A DNA stretch of 64,000 bases from Gordius albopunctatus (lineage: Eukaryota), in contig OZ193910.1 in the NCBI GenBank assembly GCA_964276515.1, positions 4,836,001 through 4,900,000 of the forward strand, in the 5' to 3' direction. The notes under the pieces were generated by a model, which had not been told where the DNA came from, did no database searches, and was given only the letters and a program-made list of their open reading frames with translations. The first letter of the stretch is position 1; every line of letters begins with the position of its first letter. This document shows, piece by piece, positions 13,692 through 34,862 of this stretch. A program made the translations under genes and the position numbers.

Positions 13692-14851
13692 TGTCAATCA
13701 ATATATCGAGCACACAGGGACATTTGTTGCATCCCTGATATATCAGTAGATTCATCACAAAGAATTGTGAAGAAGGGAGATTTGTTTATTTGATTGACTA
13801 TTTTTTGAACAATTAGGTCATTACAAATTGATATAACCTCATTTTGAAAGTGAGGACTTAAGTAGAGGGCATTTTGGGGGGAATTTTTCAAATAATCAGA
13901 AAGTAGTGGGTCACCATTGGCACGGTACCTTAAAATAGCCCTAAAATTGCCATCTTATTATCATGCACATCTAAATCAAGTGCCCCAGAATCTTTGTGGC
14001 CTCTTAATACCAATCCTTAAATGCCCAAGGTCAAACTCGCTTCAATAATTGGAGCTATCTTTATCTGATTTTCTTGAGCCTGAATTTTTCTTTGTGTATC
14101 CAACTGATTACTGATGCAAAGTTTTTTCCCGCTTCTAATTAGTGTTAATGATATAATTGTTTCCAATGAATGAACGGGATATAGATTCTTTTGGTGGATA
14201 TTAGAACATTCATTAGCATCTTTCCATCTTCGAAATGGTTCAGTAACTATAGCCTTTAGCTTTTGATTTCCATATCTTCCACCAAATCTTGGACCAAAGA
14301 GCACACATGTTTTACAAAATGCCCCATTTTCTTTTGGGGAATATGCAAGCCAACTCCATTTCTCGAACCAGGAGTGTTGAAAAGCATCCCGAGGAAAATG
14401 TAACGACATGGGAGGTTGGTAAATCTTATCATGTGTTGATAGCTTATCATCTTCCTCAATATTTTCATTATTTAAATATAAAAATATGTCATAAGGGAAT
14501 GCGTCACTTGAATCTAAAATAATTAATTTTATTAAAAAAATTAAATTAGAAAATCAATTCTACATTAATTTAAAGAATATGTGTAATTAAAACTTATGCC
14601 TTTTGCTTTGGTTAATATAGGTATAGGTAAAATTTCTGTATCTTTTTTTGATAATTTTTGGCTATCCTTTATAAAATACATGAATAATTTAATATTATAA
14701 CAAATTACTAGATGTGGAAGGGCAAGGGTTGGATGATTTGATGGGAAAAAAATCGTAAATAAGTTTACGTTTAATATCGCAAAAGGAAAACAATTAATAG
14801 TCCTTTTGTCGAAATTTGATTCAAAAATAAAAAAAAGTATATATCGGTATA

Positions 14852-15725
14852 TCTTATATATAAAAATGAAACTATGTGTGTATGTCGCCACTAATTTCGG
14901 AAAACTACCAAACCGATTTTACTCAAAATTTCACAATTTATTTCTGACACTCCGGAGCATGTTTTAAGATTTGTTCGAGCCAAATCGGTCCAGTAGTTTT
15001 CGAGATTTTTGTTTTATACGTTTTGACGTTTAATAGAATGTCAATCAAACGCAACCTCATGACGTACTGCGTATCTATCGTGTTCTTTGAAAATTTGAAT
15101 ATACAGTTCTTTAATAAAAGTGTATCACTTCACTTATAGTATTTTCTAGACCGTCATGCGTGTAGATAGTGTAGTCTGATAAATGTAAGCATGTGCCGCG
15201 GAAAATGGAAACTTTTTACGATTTGAAACATTAAATCAAAGTCATTTTTTGCTTATTTTTCACGTCAATTATTATTATTATAGGACGGTCGTGTCCCCTC
15301 CTGCGTGGCTAAATAAATTAAAAAATTTCATTTTGTTCTTTTTTGCGCGTTAAATAAGGAGAAAAATGAAAATACTTTTTACAAAGTGCCAATAAATGTT
15401 GATATATCTCAGTTCTTCGGACATTATTAAGTTCAGAATTAAAAGTTTTATTCAGAAACAAATAATTATGATATTGTTTCTTAATTACAAAAAAATATAA
15501 AAAATTGCTTGAAGGCCCTGGCGGCCAACGATTTTTCACTTTGGGGGGGGGGGGCATGGGGCCAGGTTTTATCTCTTGGGTGGGTCTGGGCCTTGTACCC
15601 TCTTTAACTATTTGTTTGAAAATTATCAAACTTTATTTTTACTTCAATAACCGCTTTATCATCATGTATGCCCTAAAATTCCAACATAATTTAATACACC
15701 CGGGTAAATGGAAAAACAACGTTTT
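14852..15725 (+). mobile_element. Non-autonomous Helitron, 3'-truncated copy
   Basis: Starts A|TCTTATATATAAAAATGAA and aligns with the complete copy at 40602-41406, but lacks the terminal hairpin and CTAG. Confidence 0.8.
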
Positions 15726-16759
15726 ATTTAATAAATTGTATTGCATATCAATTAATAAGTGTCTTACTTGGTCAGTTACGTTGCACAACTATAAAATATA
15801 AACATTAGATCTAAAATATTTTTTTTCATAAGAAATCTCCGGGGGAGGGAATAATTTCCCGTTTTCCCCTCCGTCATTTACGGCACTGATTAAAAGCAAT
15901 TGCTACCTGCTCATCATATAATATATCATAAATAAATTAAGAAGTTGTGCTATGCGCGCTTATTGAAAAGTGCATGCTCGGGCAAAGCACACAGTGAGGG
16001 TTCTCACGCGAGCAATTCAACAACTCTAATCTTTATTTAGCAAGCTAAATATCTCTAAAGTATGCATTTTCCCTTTCCTCATATCCCATTTTAAGAATAT
16101 GGTTAGGGGAATCGGCCTTAAAGTAAGGGTCGGTCATCCTCCACATCATTACTAGTATGGCAAGTTTATAATTCTAAGTATATAATATTAACTTGATTAA
16201 TATATTAAAGAGATTGAAATTATACATTCTCTGTAACGCAGTTTATCGATCCTTTTAGACCTATAAAAATTTTTGACCTTAAGGAATTGTGTTATATAGG
16301 GCTCATTGGCATCATGTTAAATTAAATTAAGATTTTTAACAATGTTTTATACGTGTATCGCGTAAAAAATAATTGAACGTTTTTTTAATTTTTTATGTCC
16401 ACAAAATAATTCAACTTCTATTAAACGGCCTAAATTTTTGATGTATTATACAAATTTTAGGTGGACGACAACTGATTTTACGTTTTTAAGTAGGATTACC
16501 CAAAACTCAGCGACGGCTAATCAATTCTTATAAATTATTATAGAATCTTGTATTGTAAATTTTACAAATAGAATGTGGAGGATAGCTAAATATTATGGTT
16601 GGTCAAATAAAGGGACATAAGCGACGAAACAAATCTAATCAATAAACTCGGCAAAAATTATTTCAATTAACCTATTTAAAGGGCAAATTTATTGTTGCAT
16701 TTCGGTTGTCAAATATTTAATAAAATTTAGTAGCGCACATAATGAATGTTAGGTCATGG

Positions 16760-18323
16760 TTACAATTTTAATAAGTCCCGAAAGAGTGTTATGAGCATGG
16801 ATGCACCGGGTCTTTCGGCGGGAATTTGATGCCAACAAGATGTCATTAGGGATTTGAATGCATTGACTTTGGAAGTTAATTTTGCACATCGAGGCCTTAG
16901 TTCGTTTTTAACAACGTTGTACAAAACGAAATCTTTTTCCCGATTTTTGTATGGTATTTCTTTGTATAACATGTGCCACATAGTTATACCCAAAGAATAA
17001 ATATCTGCTTTGTACGTTGGGTTTTCTCCTTTAATCAACTCTGGACACATGTATTGCCAAGTACCACAATTGTTCGTAATATTTGGGTGGATTTTTTTGG
17101 ATAAAATAAGTGCGTCGCTAGTATTAATGGAGCACCCAAAATCACCTAAAAGATTGAAATTTAAAATTTGGGCTCTAAACAACTATTTTTGCCGGTAATA
17201 GCCGAGCCGAATGGTTTGAAAAATAAAATACTTCACAAAAACATCGAAAATGTAAACAAAATCAATATAAAAATGAAATTATTTTTAATATCTTAAATAT
17301 CAGAAATTCCTAGAACAACATTTTATTAATGTTTTTGACTCAGTCGGCTTTTAAATACTACATTTTCGCTACCCGACCCCGCCTTTGCAGATCGATAATA
17401 TACCTCAGGTGGGAAAAGATAAGAGAGATATTATTACCTAATTTTAGAGTCCCACCGGGACTTTTGAGAATATTTTTAGGTTTTACATCCATATGAATAA
17501 TACCATTTTTATGGCAATAATCCAGGGCGGATGCGAGTTGCAAAGTAGACCCGTACAAAAAAGTTACGGAGTCACTGACGTCTTTTTTGCACCCATGATC
17601 ACCTACGAAATCGTGGAGCGTTTCACTCCCACCATATTCCATGTAAATTGACATTTTGGATGAAAGTTCACCCATTTTACAAATTTTAATCGCGAAAGTT
17701 CTAATTATATTAGGATGCTTTAGTTGGAAAGCGTTCATTTCGTTGTTGTAAGAATTACAGTCAGAAACCGCGTTACTTTTAAATTTCAACCTTTTCAAGG
17801 CATATATTTTGGAGTTCTTTACCTTAGCTACTACTGTACTCGAAATTCCACGGCCCAAAAAATAACTGCGAGTTTTATCGATTGGATTCTTCCCTGATTT
17901 ATCATTAATTGTTATGAGGGGTAAAGTGAGATTCGCTTTAGGACTGTCTTGACCTTTATGAGGGCTAGGAATTAGTGAAAATAGTGAACTTTGTGGTGAA
18001 CATAGTGCATTGGTTTTAGAGTTATCACTCGATGATAAACTTAAATTGAAATTGGCATATTGCGGTGACGTTGATTTAATTGCCAATAAACCTAAATGAT
18101 TTTTACTTCCATATGAACCGATGAGTTTGTTATTGTAAGATGTGGGAGAATTTTTCTTTAGAGCATCCGAATAAGGTGGTGAATCAGAGAAGGATTTTAT
18201 AGGACTAAGTAAATTTAGTTTATCCGGCGACAAGTATTTGGGCAAATGGTTATATAAAGGTCTCCTGTTAGGGGTACTTGAAATTATATTTTGTAAAATT
18301 AATAATTTGGATTTATGAGACAT
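16760..18323 (-). CDS. MOS: Mos-like serine/threonine kinase; exons 18323-17438 and 17145-16760
   Basis: Motifs ALK, NE..AFQLKHPNII, IYMEYGG, QLASALDYCH..GIIHMDVKPKNIL, KLG|DFGCS, GTWQYMCPELIKGE.PT.KADIYSLGITMW. KLGDFGCS and the GE.PT.KADIYS.GIT.W block are typical of Mos. GT-AG intron 17437-17146 in phase 1. The start codon is the first in-frame ATG and is uncertain. Confidence 0.85.
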
Positions 18324-19291
18324 TAAAACTTTTGATAACAACGACTCTGACTGGATGAGCAGTTACTAACATGAGTTAATGAAAAGCCTTCGGCATTAAG
18401 TAATCCTCTAGTCGTTTTTAGAATCGCAGGCAATTGATACGATAATTTATTTCTATGTTCCTGTGTACTTTTTGAATGTCATAACGGCTTTCAATACCAA
18501 ATATATTGTTATTTAGATAATTCACCAACTTTCTACTATAATAATTTAAAATTGTATTTTTGCGCCATTTAAAAAACGATTTTTAAAATTTTTTATGGTT
18601 TATGATTATTTTTCTTAATTTCATTTTTTTCCAAAATATTTTGCAATATATCTATAATTAACTTATTGCTAATTTTAAAACTGTTTAAACGTTTTATTGA
18701 ACTTTATTTTTTCATTTTTTATCGGATGCTATTTATGTGAACAGTAAGAAAATCAAAACAGCACGATAAAATGTGCTTAACTTAATGATTTATTTAAATG
18801 CGCAGTAAATTATTTTAAAATGCACAGTTAATTAACAATAAATGTTATCATCAAAATTGCAGAAAAATAGTACACAATGCGTTGATAAGCAGTCGTCAGT
18901 CTAGTCTATGATTACTAGATGCACAGATAAGTGAACCACAGCAGGATTGCGTCATGTATAGGAAAGGATAGAATAAGCCATATACATGGGCTAGACAGGA
19001 TTTAGATTTGGGGGGGGGGCAAAAATTATGTATTAATTTTAGGAATAGGAAATAAATGATGACTGCACAAACACAATCGCAACTAGTAATCTAATCTCAA
19101 ATTTAAATTTACCAAAATAATTTAAATTTTAAATTTGTGTGTAAATTTTCTAATAATTATCTGTATTAATTTGAGTTAAGTTCAGATAGGGAGGGGGGGG
19201 CAAAACATATATATTTTTTTTAATTTTTAAGGGTTTTTGTATAGAGAATTGTTTTTTACAAATTGGGGGGGGGGGCTGGCTACGCCCATAA

Positions 19292-20065
19292 TCATGTAGC
19301 TTCATTGCTGCTTATGTATCTTCCAGCCGAATACTGTGCAATTTCATCGATGTGAAGGCTCGCTATATTCGCAGAAACCACACTACCTTTGTTAACGTAC
19401 TCACAAATCTATTTGATAAATTAAACCGAGTTACAATATTCAAGGTTAATGTGGTGTGCTTTGTACAATTTTAATAGCAAAGAACCACTTCTGTGCAAAA
19501 TGTAATATGTGCAAAATGTAATATAGGCAAGGGTTAGGGTTATATTTAGTGATTTATTTGATAATATGTATTTATTTATAAAATTGTACTATACATTTTG
19601 ATATAACTTATTTTGTTTCAATTAACAATTATAGTATCCTTTTATTACGTAGTTTTTTAGTACATATTACATATATATGAATATGCGTGAAAACCGGTCT
19701 CAATTTCTAAAATGCGAATATTACATTATTAGATTTTGCACATATTAGATTTTGCACCAGATTCCCAGAGACTACACCCAGCAACGCACAGCGCTAAATA
19801 TCTCTTGCTTAACAATGAAGTTTCTGTAGGAAAACACATGCTGTGATGTCTTGAGTATCGACTTGTACTTAGCCATAAAATAAGAGCTCTTGCATGTAAA
19901 TGTAATGAATAGGTCTGGACGACCGTAGTTAAGAACATACGCAATTGTCCGGCAGCGTATTAATGCATATGACGCGGACCCTGTATTAGCGTCATTAAGA
20001 ACTGCATCTGGCAAATAAACGTATTCTTCTGAGCAAAGTTTGGTCTGATTCAAAGGGATGAAGTG
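19292..20065 (-). mobile_element. Helitron Rep (HUH) domain remnant, interrupted by a MITE
   Basis: Degenerate AYVLNYGRPDLFITFTC and, beyond the MITE, HINLEYCNSV..IK.IC.YVNKGS..DEIAQY.AGRYISSNEA, with stops and frameshifts. Confidence 0.8.
19486..19764. mobile_element. ~279-bp MITE (copy 1)
   Basis: TIR-like ends built from TGCAAAATGTAATATG repeats and an internal GGGTTAGGGTT. It is the reverse complement of 21999-22277. Confidence 0.75.
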
Positions 20066-20072
20066 CAGGCAT

Positions 20073-21500
20073 TCAGACCAGAGGTCAGATTTGTTGGGAA
20101 TTTTCTGCCCGAACCCGGCCCGATTCAATTTTTTAACTTCATTGCCCACCCGAACCCATCTAAGTGTCCGCCGGGGCCCGCCCGAATGGTTAAAGCTGCC
20201 CGAATTGCCCGGCCGGAAATATTAAATTTGCCCATTAGTCCCGAATTTATGAGGTCCCAAAAAGAAGTCGTAGTAGTTTAAATTTTTCTGCCCGAACCCG
20301 GCCCAGTCCAAATCTTTAACTAAATTGCCCGCCTGAACCCTTCTAAGTGTCGGCTCAGCCATGCCCAAACCATTAGAGCTGTCCGGCCTTATTAATAAAA
20401 TTTTCCCGGTAGACCCGAAATTATACAATCCCAAAATCTTTCAACCACTATTACAAAATAAACATTAAATTAATGGCACATTGATCCAAACAAAGATGAC
20501 AATATTTTATTATTCATAATTATTATGTAAAAATAACAAATAGTCGACAATTTCCGGGGATAATCTTGTGCTTCTTTCCTCTATTAATCTTCCTGCGATA
20601 GAAAAACTTCTTTCACTAGCAGCACTCATCGCCGGGATGGCAAAGAGTATTTTTGTAAACCTTGCTAATTTAGGATACCTAAAATAGTTATAATTTTTAA
20701 TAACTTTAATGTGACTTGTTTGCATTATTTTTCCACTATGTTTTTTTAGTTGTTAAAAAAATTAAATGAATTAAAATTATGCGCATTGTTAGAAAATGGC
20801 ATGAGTCTTTGTTTTAAGTCTAGACGGCACACATGTGTAGTGTATTGCGAACAATGAAATGGCTTTGGCTACATAAATATAAATAATACAATCCTTTCCA
20901 TAATGGAGTAGGGCAAAGATTTAACTGAACGCGATAAAAATGTAATAAAATAATTTACTACCAGAGAGTAAAATGGTTTCTTCCATAGTATTAGATTAGA
21001 GTAGCAGTTTACATTGGTGTAGCCAGCATTAAAATTAGAGGGGGGCAATAAGGATTTAGGGAGGGGCAAAATGATAATTTTTTGAAAATTTAGCCATAAT
21101 TTTAATAAATTTTTGAATTTAGAGGGGGGCAGCTGCCCCTTCCTGCCCCCCCCTTGTCTACGCCCATGGCAGTTTAAATCGTTGTGATTATATTCTTTTA
21201 TAATATAATCTAAAAATTAAAAATTTTGGATCTTGAGACAAACCAGTTAAACTAATTTATTCGAAATGAAATTTAATTTTGAAGAAATTGAAATTAGGAC
21301 ATTATATAAACGTACAATGAAGATTTAAGCGATGGAAAAAAATCTAGTCAAATTTATTATGGCCCAAAATTGTTTATAAGCGAATTTTTATTTTTTCAGG
21401 GAAAATTAATTTGATCAAATTTTAGGCATGCCCGAATCTTATCAGCGTGCCCGCCCGAAAATTAAAATTTAAGGCAGTTGCCCGGCCCTTCTGGTCTCTG
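20073..21500 (-). mobile_element. Internally deleted hAT element with GCCCG-rich subterminal repeats
   Basis: hAT C-terminal dimerisation motif YPKLA..FAIPAMSAASERSFSIAG..RSTRLSPEIVDYLLFLH at 20510-20725. Arrays of GCCCGAA at both ends. Boundaries are approximate. Confidence 0.7.
21012..21168. mobile_element. hAT-type MITE (CATGGGCGTAGCCAG family)
   Basis: TIRs CATTGGTGTAGCCA / TGTCTACGCCCATG, perfect 8-bp TSD GCAGTTTA. Confidence 0.85.
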
Positions 21501-21998
21501 ATTCGGACGTTCCGATTTAATTTAGGGATATATATCTACGATTTATTGTTAAAATAACACTAGTCGACAAAGAATGGTCTTGTGTATTATAATCAAGCGG
21601 GAAACGGTCAAAATATTCTGATAGAGTTTCTGTTTTTCGTTTTTTCCTATACGTCATGTTTTTGAAATATTTCAATTCAAAGTTGCGAAAATGACCGTTT
21701 TTGGCCCTTTTTGACGCTCTATAGGGCGAAATTGAATAGATAAAAAAATTTTAACCTCTAAGTGGTAGAGTAGAACCAACTTAGGGTAAAACATTGAAGA
21801 ATCATTTTTTCCCTATTGCTTTTACTTTTTCCAATATATCGAATATTCGATTAGTCCCTATGCGAAGCGGCATCCTTTGAGCCTCCCTCCCTCTCTATCT
21901 AATTGGGGTTATAATACTATACCCTCACCAATGCATGTGATTGATGGATGATGTGTGGTGTGTAAGAGTAGTGGCGTAATACGAGCTATTACTATTAC

Positions 21999-22277
21999 GA
22001 ATTTGGTGCAAAATGTAATATGTGCAAAATCTAATAATGTAATATTCGCATTTTAGAAATTGAGACCGGTTTTCACGCATATTCATACGCATGTAATATG
22101 TACTAAAAAACTACGTAATAAAAGGATACTATAAATGTTAATTGAAACAAAATAAGTTATATCAAAATGTATAATACTATTTTATAAATAAATACATATT
22201 ATCAAATAAATCACTAAATCTAACCCTAACCCTTGCCTATATTACATTTTGCACATATTACATTTTGCACAGAAGTG
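21999..22277. mobile_element. ~279-bp MITE (copy 2, inverted relative to copy 1)
   Basis: Same family as 19486-19764, perfect 8-bp TSD ACTATTAC. Confidence 0.8.
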
Positions 22278-22742
22278 ACTATTACTACTACTACGCCTCT
22301 CATCCTCCCTCCTTCCCTAATCCCTACTATCAATCTCCCCTTTCGTAAGTTAAGTAAAGGATTTTTAACCCCTTATATAAATATTAATTTCGTTTTAATA
22401 ACTACATTTTTTTAAAACTAATAAAGCTTAATTTCTAAATAATTTTGTATGATACAAATGGGCGTAGCCAGGTTTTGGATTAAAGTGGGGGGGGGGGACG
22501 AAAATGTTTTAAGTTTAATTAGGGAAATTTTTTTTAATTTTTAAGGGTTTTTGTATTAAATTTTTTTTTGTCATTTAGGGGGGGGGGGGTACCTTCTAAT
22601 ATGCCAAATACAGCTAAAATTAGTTTAGTCCCATTTTAAGGTTTGTAGCAATAAGTCGGCCAGAGGCGTAGCTAAATGACGAAAGAACAATTTTCCAATG
22701 CAAAAATCCTTGAAAATTAAAAATCCTCCCTATATATCAAAA

Positions 22743-22801
22743 ATGGAGGAGAGGTATAGGGGATTCTGGAATACCTCTATGATGGCCGATTATATTTGGA
22801 C
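22743..22801 (+). mobile_element. Short DNA-transposase C-terminal remnant (probably Chapaev-type)
   Basis: MEERYRGFWNTSMMADYIW resembles the ME.RYQG.W...MMADYCW transposase motif. It is cut off by the hAT insertion at 22802. Family assignment is from recall only. Confidence 0.45.
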
Positions 22802-23223
22802 TAGAGATCTGCAACGGGCCGTTTTTAGAAGGTCGGCCCGCCCGTACCCATTTTCAAAACTTCAAGGCCCGTCCGAGCCCGACCGTAATTTTTTTTCGAC
22901 ACTTCAGGCCCGTCCGTAAATTCTTTAGGCCCGTAAATTTTTTAGACACGTTCGTACCTGGTTATAAAATGTCAGGCCCGCGCTAGCCCGTTCCAAATTT
23001 TTAAAATTAACTCCGCGCCCGACACAATTCATCAAAAATTTCACAAAATTTAATTATATTTTTGACATATTCATAAAAACATATAATTATCATATTAAAA
23101 TAATAAATCATCAATTATTTCTGCCGTTAACACTTAAAATATTTCAATATAGTATAGTACTACCATTAAATTAATAAAAAAAATTACATGAGAATATTCG
23201 ATTTTCAACAATTTACTTTTATT

Positions 23224-24252
23224 TAGTGCTGTAAAAGAACGCGTTCAAATTTTATGAACGCCTTCATGAACGGCGTTCTTTTGTTTTTTGGTGAACTTTG
23301 AACGTGAATGCGTTCCTTTTTTGATGAACGCGTTCGAATTTAACGTTCGTTCAATTTTAAAAACTCTTTTTTGTTTTTATTTATTTGAAAATTAATGTCA
23401 ATCCGAATTTTTAACAAAAAAAGTATTATATTTTTTAATCAGCTGTTTTTCCTGTTTCCTATTACCAATTCCGAAATACTTTTAACATACTATAACGTGC
23501 AAAAGAAGATAAGATTAAAGTTAATTAGTTTGATATTATTAATTATAGTTTAATTTATAGGTTAATATGGAAAATCATAATATTATATCGTCGTCATCTT
23601 CAGATTCTGAATATTCAAAATCAGCAGATCAATTGAAATTGCCATGGCCAAAATATGAAAAATATTTTTCACTCGTTTCATATAAAAGATCAAATTCAAT
23701 AATTAAAATGAACCTATAAAGAATAAACTTTTAGTGTTATTGGAAAAAGGGATGGAAACCCCTAGAATTGATAATGAAAGAGCTGTCAATTCCGAGATAT
23801 TATTTTTTTGGCGAGGAAGTAGAGGGCGCATTGGAGGATGATATCTTGTTGCAATTTTTTGAAGCGAGGGACAAAACATTAAAAGTTTTTAATAAATTTC
23901 CTCCTTTAAAAAATTTGTTTATTAAGTATAACAGTGGAGCAGGTTTTTAGTATAGCTAATGCTGTATTAACTGCCAAGCGTTCCTGCTTATCAGAAGACA
24001 ATTTTGAAAAACAATTATTATTAAAAATAAATAAGAAAATAGATTATATTGATTTATAATTATATTGTCGAAAAAAAAACTATTATTTTTTATCATGTCT
24101 ATTTATTGTATTAAAAAATATAAAACATTTATTTATATTAAATTAAACTTTAAAAAAATGTATCATAAAATTTTGAACGAACGTGAACGCGTTCCTTTTC
24201 TTTTTAGACGAACGTGAACGCGTTCGATTTTTTACAAATGTTTACAGCACTA
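23224..24252 (+). mobile_element. Internally deleted hAT (Ac/hobo-like) transposon
   Basis: TIRs TAGTGCTGTAAA / TTTACAGCACTA, perfect 8-bp TSD CTTTTATT, GAACGCGTTC subterminal palindromes. Retains an N-terminal piece (LPWPKYEKYF) and a C-terminal piece (FPPLKNLFIKYN..KRSCLSEDNFEKQLLLK.N) of the transposase. Confidence 0.88.
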
Positions 24253-24286
24253 CTTTTATTTGATTAATTTAAGTTTATACACCTAA

Positions 24287-24569
24287 GGGCTTGTCTTAAT
24301 ATCGGATTCAGATTCAAATGGCGCGAATTCATCTTTATCAAATATCCTATGATTCAATTTCATGTGTCAGACTCGGTTTTAATGATTAATATTTTGTTTT
24401 TTGATATTTAAATCCCTTTTTTTATTTCTTTCAACTCTTGAGATTAATCGCTCTTATATTATGCGTCCGAAATGTAAATCTACTGTGAATTCGAAATTAA
24501 GACACGGCTATGTTATAACCCGTATGACGGTATTTGCTGCGCAGCAAAATCCGATATTAAGACAAGCCC
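24287..24569. mobile_element. PIF/Harbinger (Tourist-like) MITE
   Basis: Perfect 22-bp TIR GGGCTTGTCTTAATATCGGATT and a 3-bp TAA TSD. Confidence 0.88.
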
Positions 24570-26228
24570 TAAGAAGCTCAGTATTACCATTTAAAATACA
24601 CTAATAAAATTACATGAGAATATTCAACTTTCAATAAGCAGTTTATATTAATTTGATTAATTTATATAAGTTAATACACCTAAATTTTAGATTAGAACAA
24701 AAATATATATTAAATTATATGGCCCTAATAATAATTATGCCAGTAAAATTTACGATAAAATTAAACACAAAAATATTTGTGCATTGTGAGTAAGTAATTG
24801 AACTTGAATATACGAAGCTAAAATCTTAAATTATAACGAAAATCTATAACAAATAGAATAAAAATGTTTTAAAGTCCAATTTAGCACTTGAAAAAGGAAT
24901 GAATTTTACAGGATATACCAAAATTAGAGGTTAACAAAATAAAGCAATTAATAATGTATATATTTAATAAAAATATTATTTATATAATTGCCTGACTTTT
25001 GTAATTCCATGACCGTTTATATAATCTCTGGCCCGTTAAAAAAATTTCAGGCCCGCCTGAGCCCGTTCCATTAATTGTTAAGCCCGTCCGGGCCCGTTAA
25101 AGTTTTTATGATACAAAGCCCGTCCGTACCCGTGCGCGGGTCTGCCCGTGCACATCTCTAATTTGAACAACGTTAAACATAACACGGTTCAACAAGAATT
25201 AACCGGCAAACTGTTTGGATATTCTGGTAGTTTTTCACGGTGAACACAAATATGTTTTTAGTTTTTTCCCTATAGGTCAAATTTTTAAATATTCGCTGTC
25301 AAAGTTGCCAAAAACGCGATTTTAGCGTTTTTCAAACGTCAATAACTAGCAAATTAATGGGTACAAATTTTGTTTGATAGATTTAATACGTAGATATATG
25401 GGAGAGGAATGTATTCACAATTTTTTTATCCTAGCACATTAGCTTTTTAAATTATATACAAAATTAACTATCCCTATCTTTTACATTGACAAATTACACC
25501 AGAGTTGACGTCGCCCTCCCTTCTCTTCAACACTGGGGGGAATTAAGATATGCTTGAATAACAGAGGATTTATAATGCTATTACTCATTAACATTTTCAT
25601 ATTATCAATTATAGCAATTGAGGCATTTCATGGAATATAAAGAAATTTAACTTAATGGATTGGCAATTTGTTTAACTTGTAAATATTCACTTAAAACCAT
25701 TTTCGAGCCTTATAAAAAAATAGAAAGTTTTTTTACAATTTTTTGTTAATTCAAGTATTTTATCGATTTATCTTATTATTATCCAATTTTATTTATGTTG
25801 ACCTGTGTAATAAAAGAAACTTAGAAAATATTCAATTCGAAATCCAGAGGTTAAGCTTCATGCCTAATCAAACGTAAAAAACTAACATTATCACAGACCA
25901 CTTTTTAGGTTAAATTTAGGTTCTAGATAACACTAAACAGAGCTAATTTTTAAGTTTTATTTGTTATTCTGATTAAGCAATTTTCAAAGATAAGAAAAAT
26001 TATGAAGTTATAAACAAATTTACATTTAAAATTAAAGGTTTACGAATAGGTTGTAGTGTAATGGTTAGAAAGCGCAAACAATAGATATTTGTATAATAAA
26101 GATATATAATAATTTGGTCAAAACAAATCAAAACATTTAAAAGTTAAGGGAAAATGAATTTTGCATTACAAATCATTAATGAAAGGGAGAAAGAGAACAT
26201 AGGTACATCTTCAAAACCATTCTCCGAC

Positions 26229-34862
<8,634 letters not shown>

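Larger units (their letters stand above)
7476..15888 (-). mobile_element. Decayed hAT transposon (ZMYM1-like / Tip100-type transposase) carrying nested insertions
   Basis: Minus-strand transposase remnants at ~11530-14480: FQHSWFEKWSWLAYS..GAFCKTC, YLSPHFQNEVI, FFTILCDESTDIS..QMSLCARY, RGQGYDGARNMSG..GVQ, YVHCASY. A partial inverted copy lies on + at ~7620-8200. Ends CAGGCGCGCGTAGCC / TACGGCACTG, with a 7/8 TSD ATTAGAAG / ATTAAAAG. Confidence 0.7.
7331..15996. mobile_element. Small CACTG-TIR non-autonomous DNA element, split by the large hAT insertion
   Basis: CACTGTGTGC at 7331 and GCACACAGTG ending at 15996. The two halves (7331-7475, 15889-15996) flank the hAT element and share GAGCA/TGCTC-type submotifs. 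No TSD seen. Confidence 0.45.
22802..25160. mobile_element. Non-autonomous hAT element (TAGAGA..GCA..GGGC TIR, GGCCCG subterminal repeats) hosting two nested elements
   Basis: TIRs TAGAGATCTGCAACGGGC / GCCCGTGCACATCTCTA, 7/8 TSD ATTTGGAC / ATTTGAAC. Confidence 0.8.

Noticed and set aside
15318..15801. Recurring ~80-100 aa ORFs (also 41049-41318 and 58327-58611)
   Set aside because: They recur only because they lie in copies of the same non-autonomous Helitron; frames and stops differ between copies.
20100..20420. Regularly spaced GCCCGAA motifs resembling a CRISPR-like or iteron array
   Set aside because: Eukaryotic context and irregular spacing; explained as hAT subterminal transposase-binding repeats.
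26049..26075. GTAGTGTAATGGTTAG resembling a tRNA D-arm
   Set aside because: No anticodon arm or T-arm follows; it lies in the AT-rich PABP 3' region.
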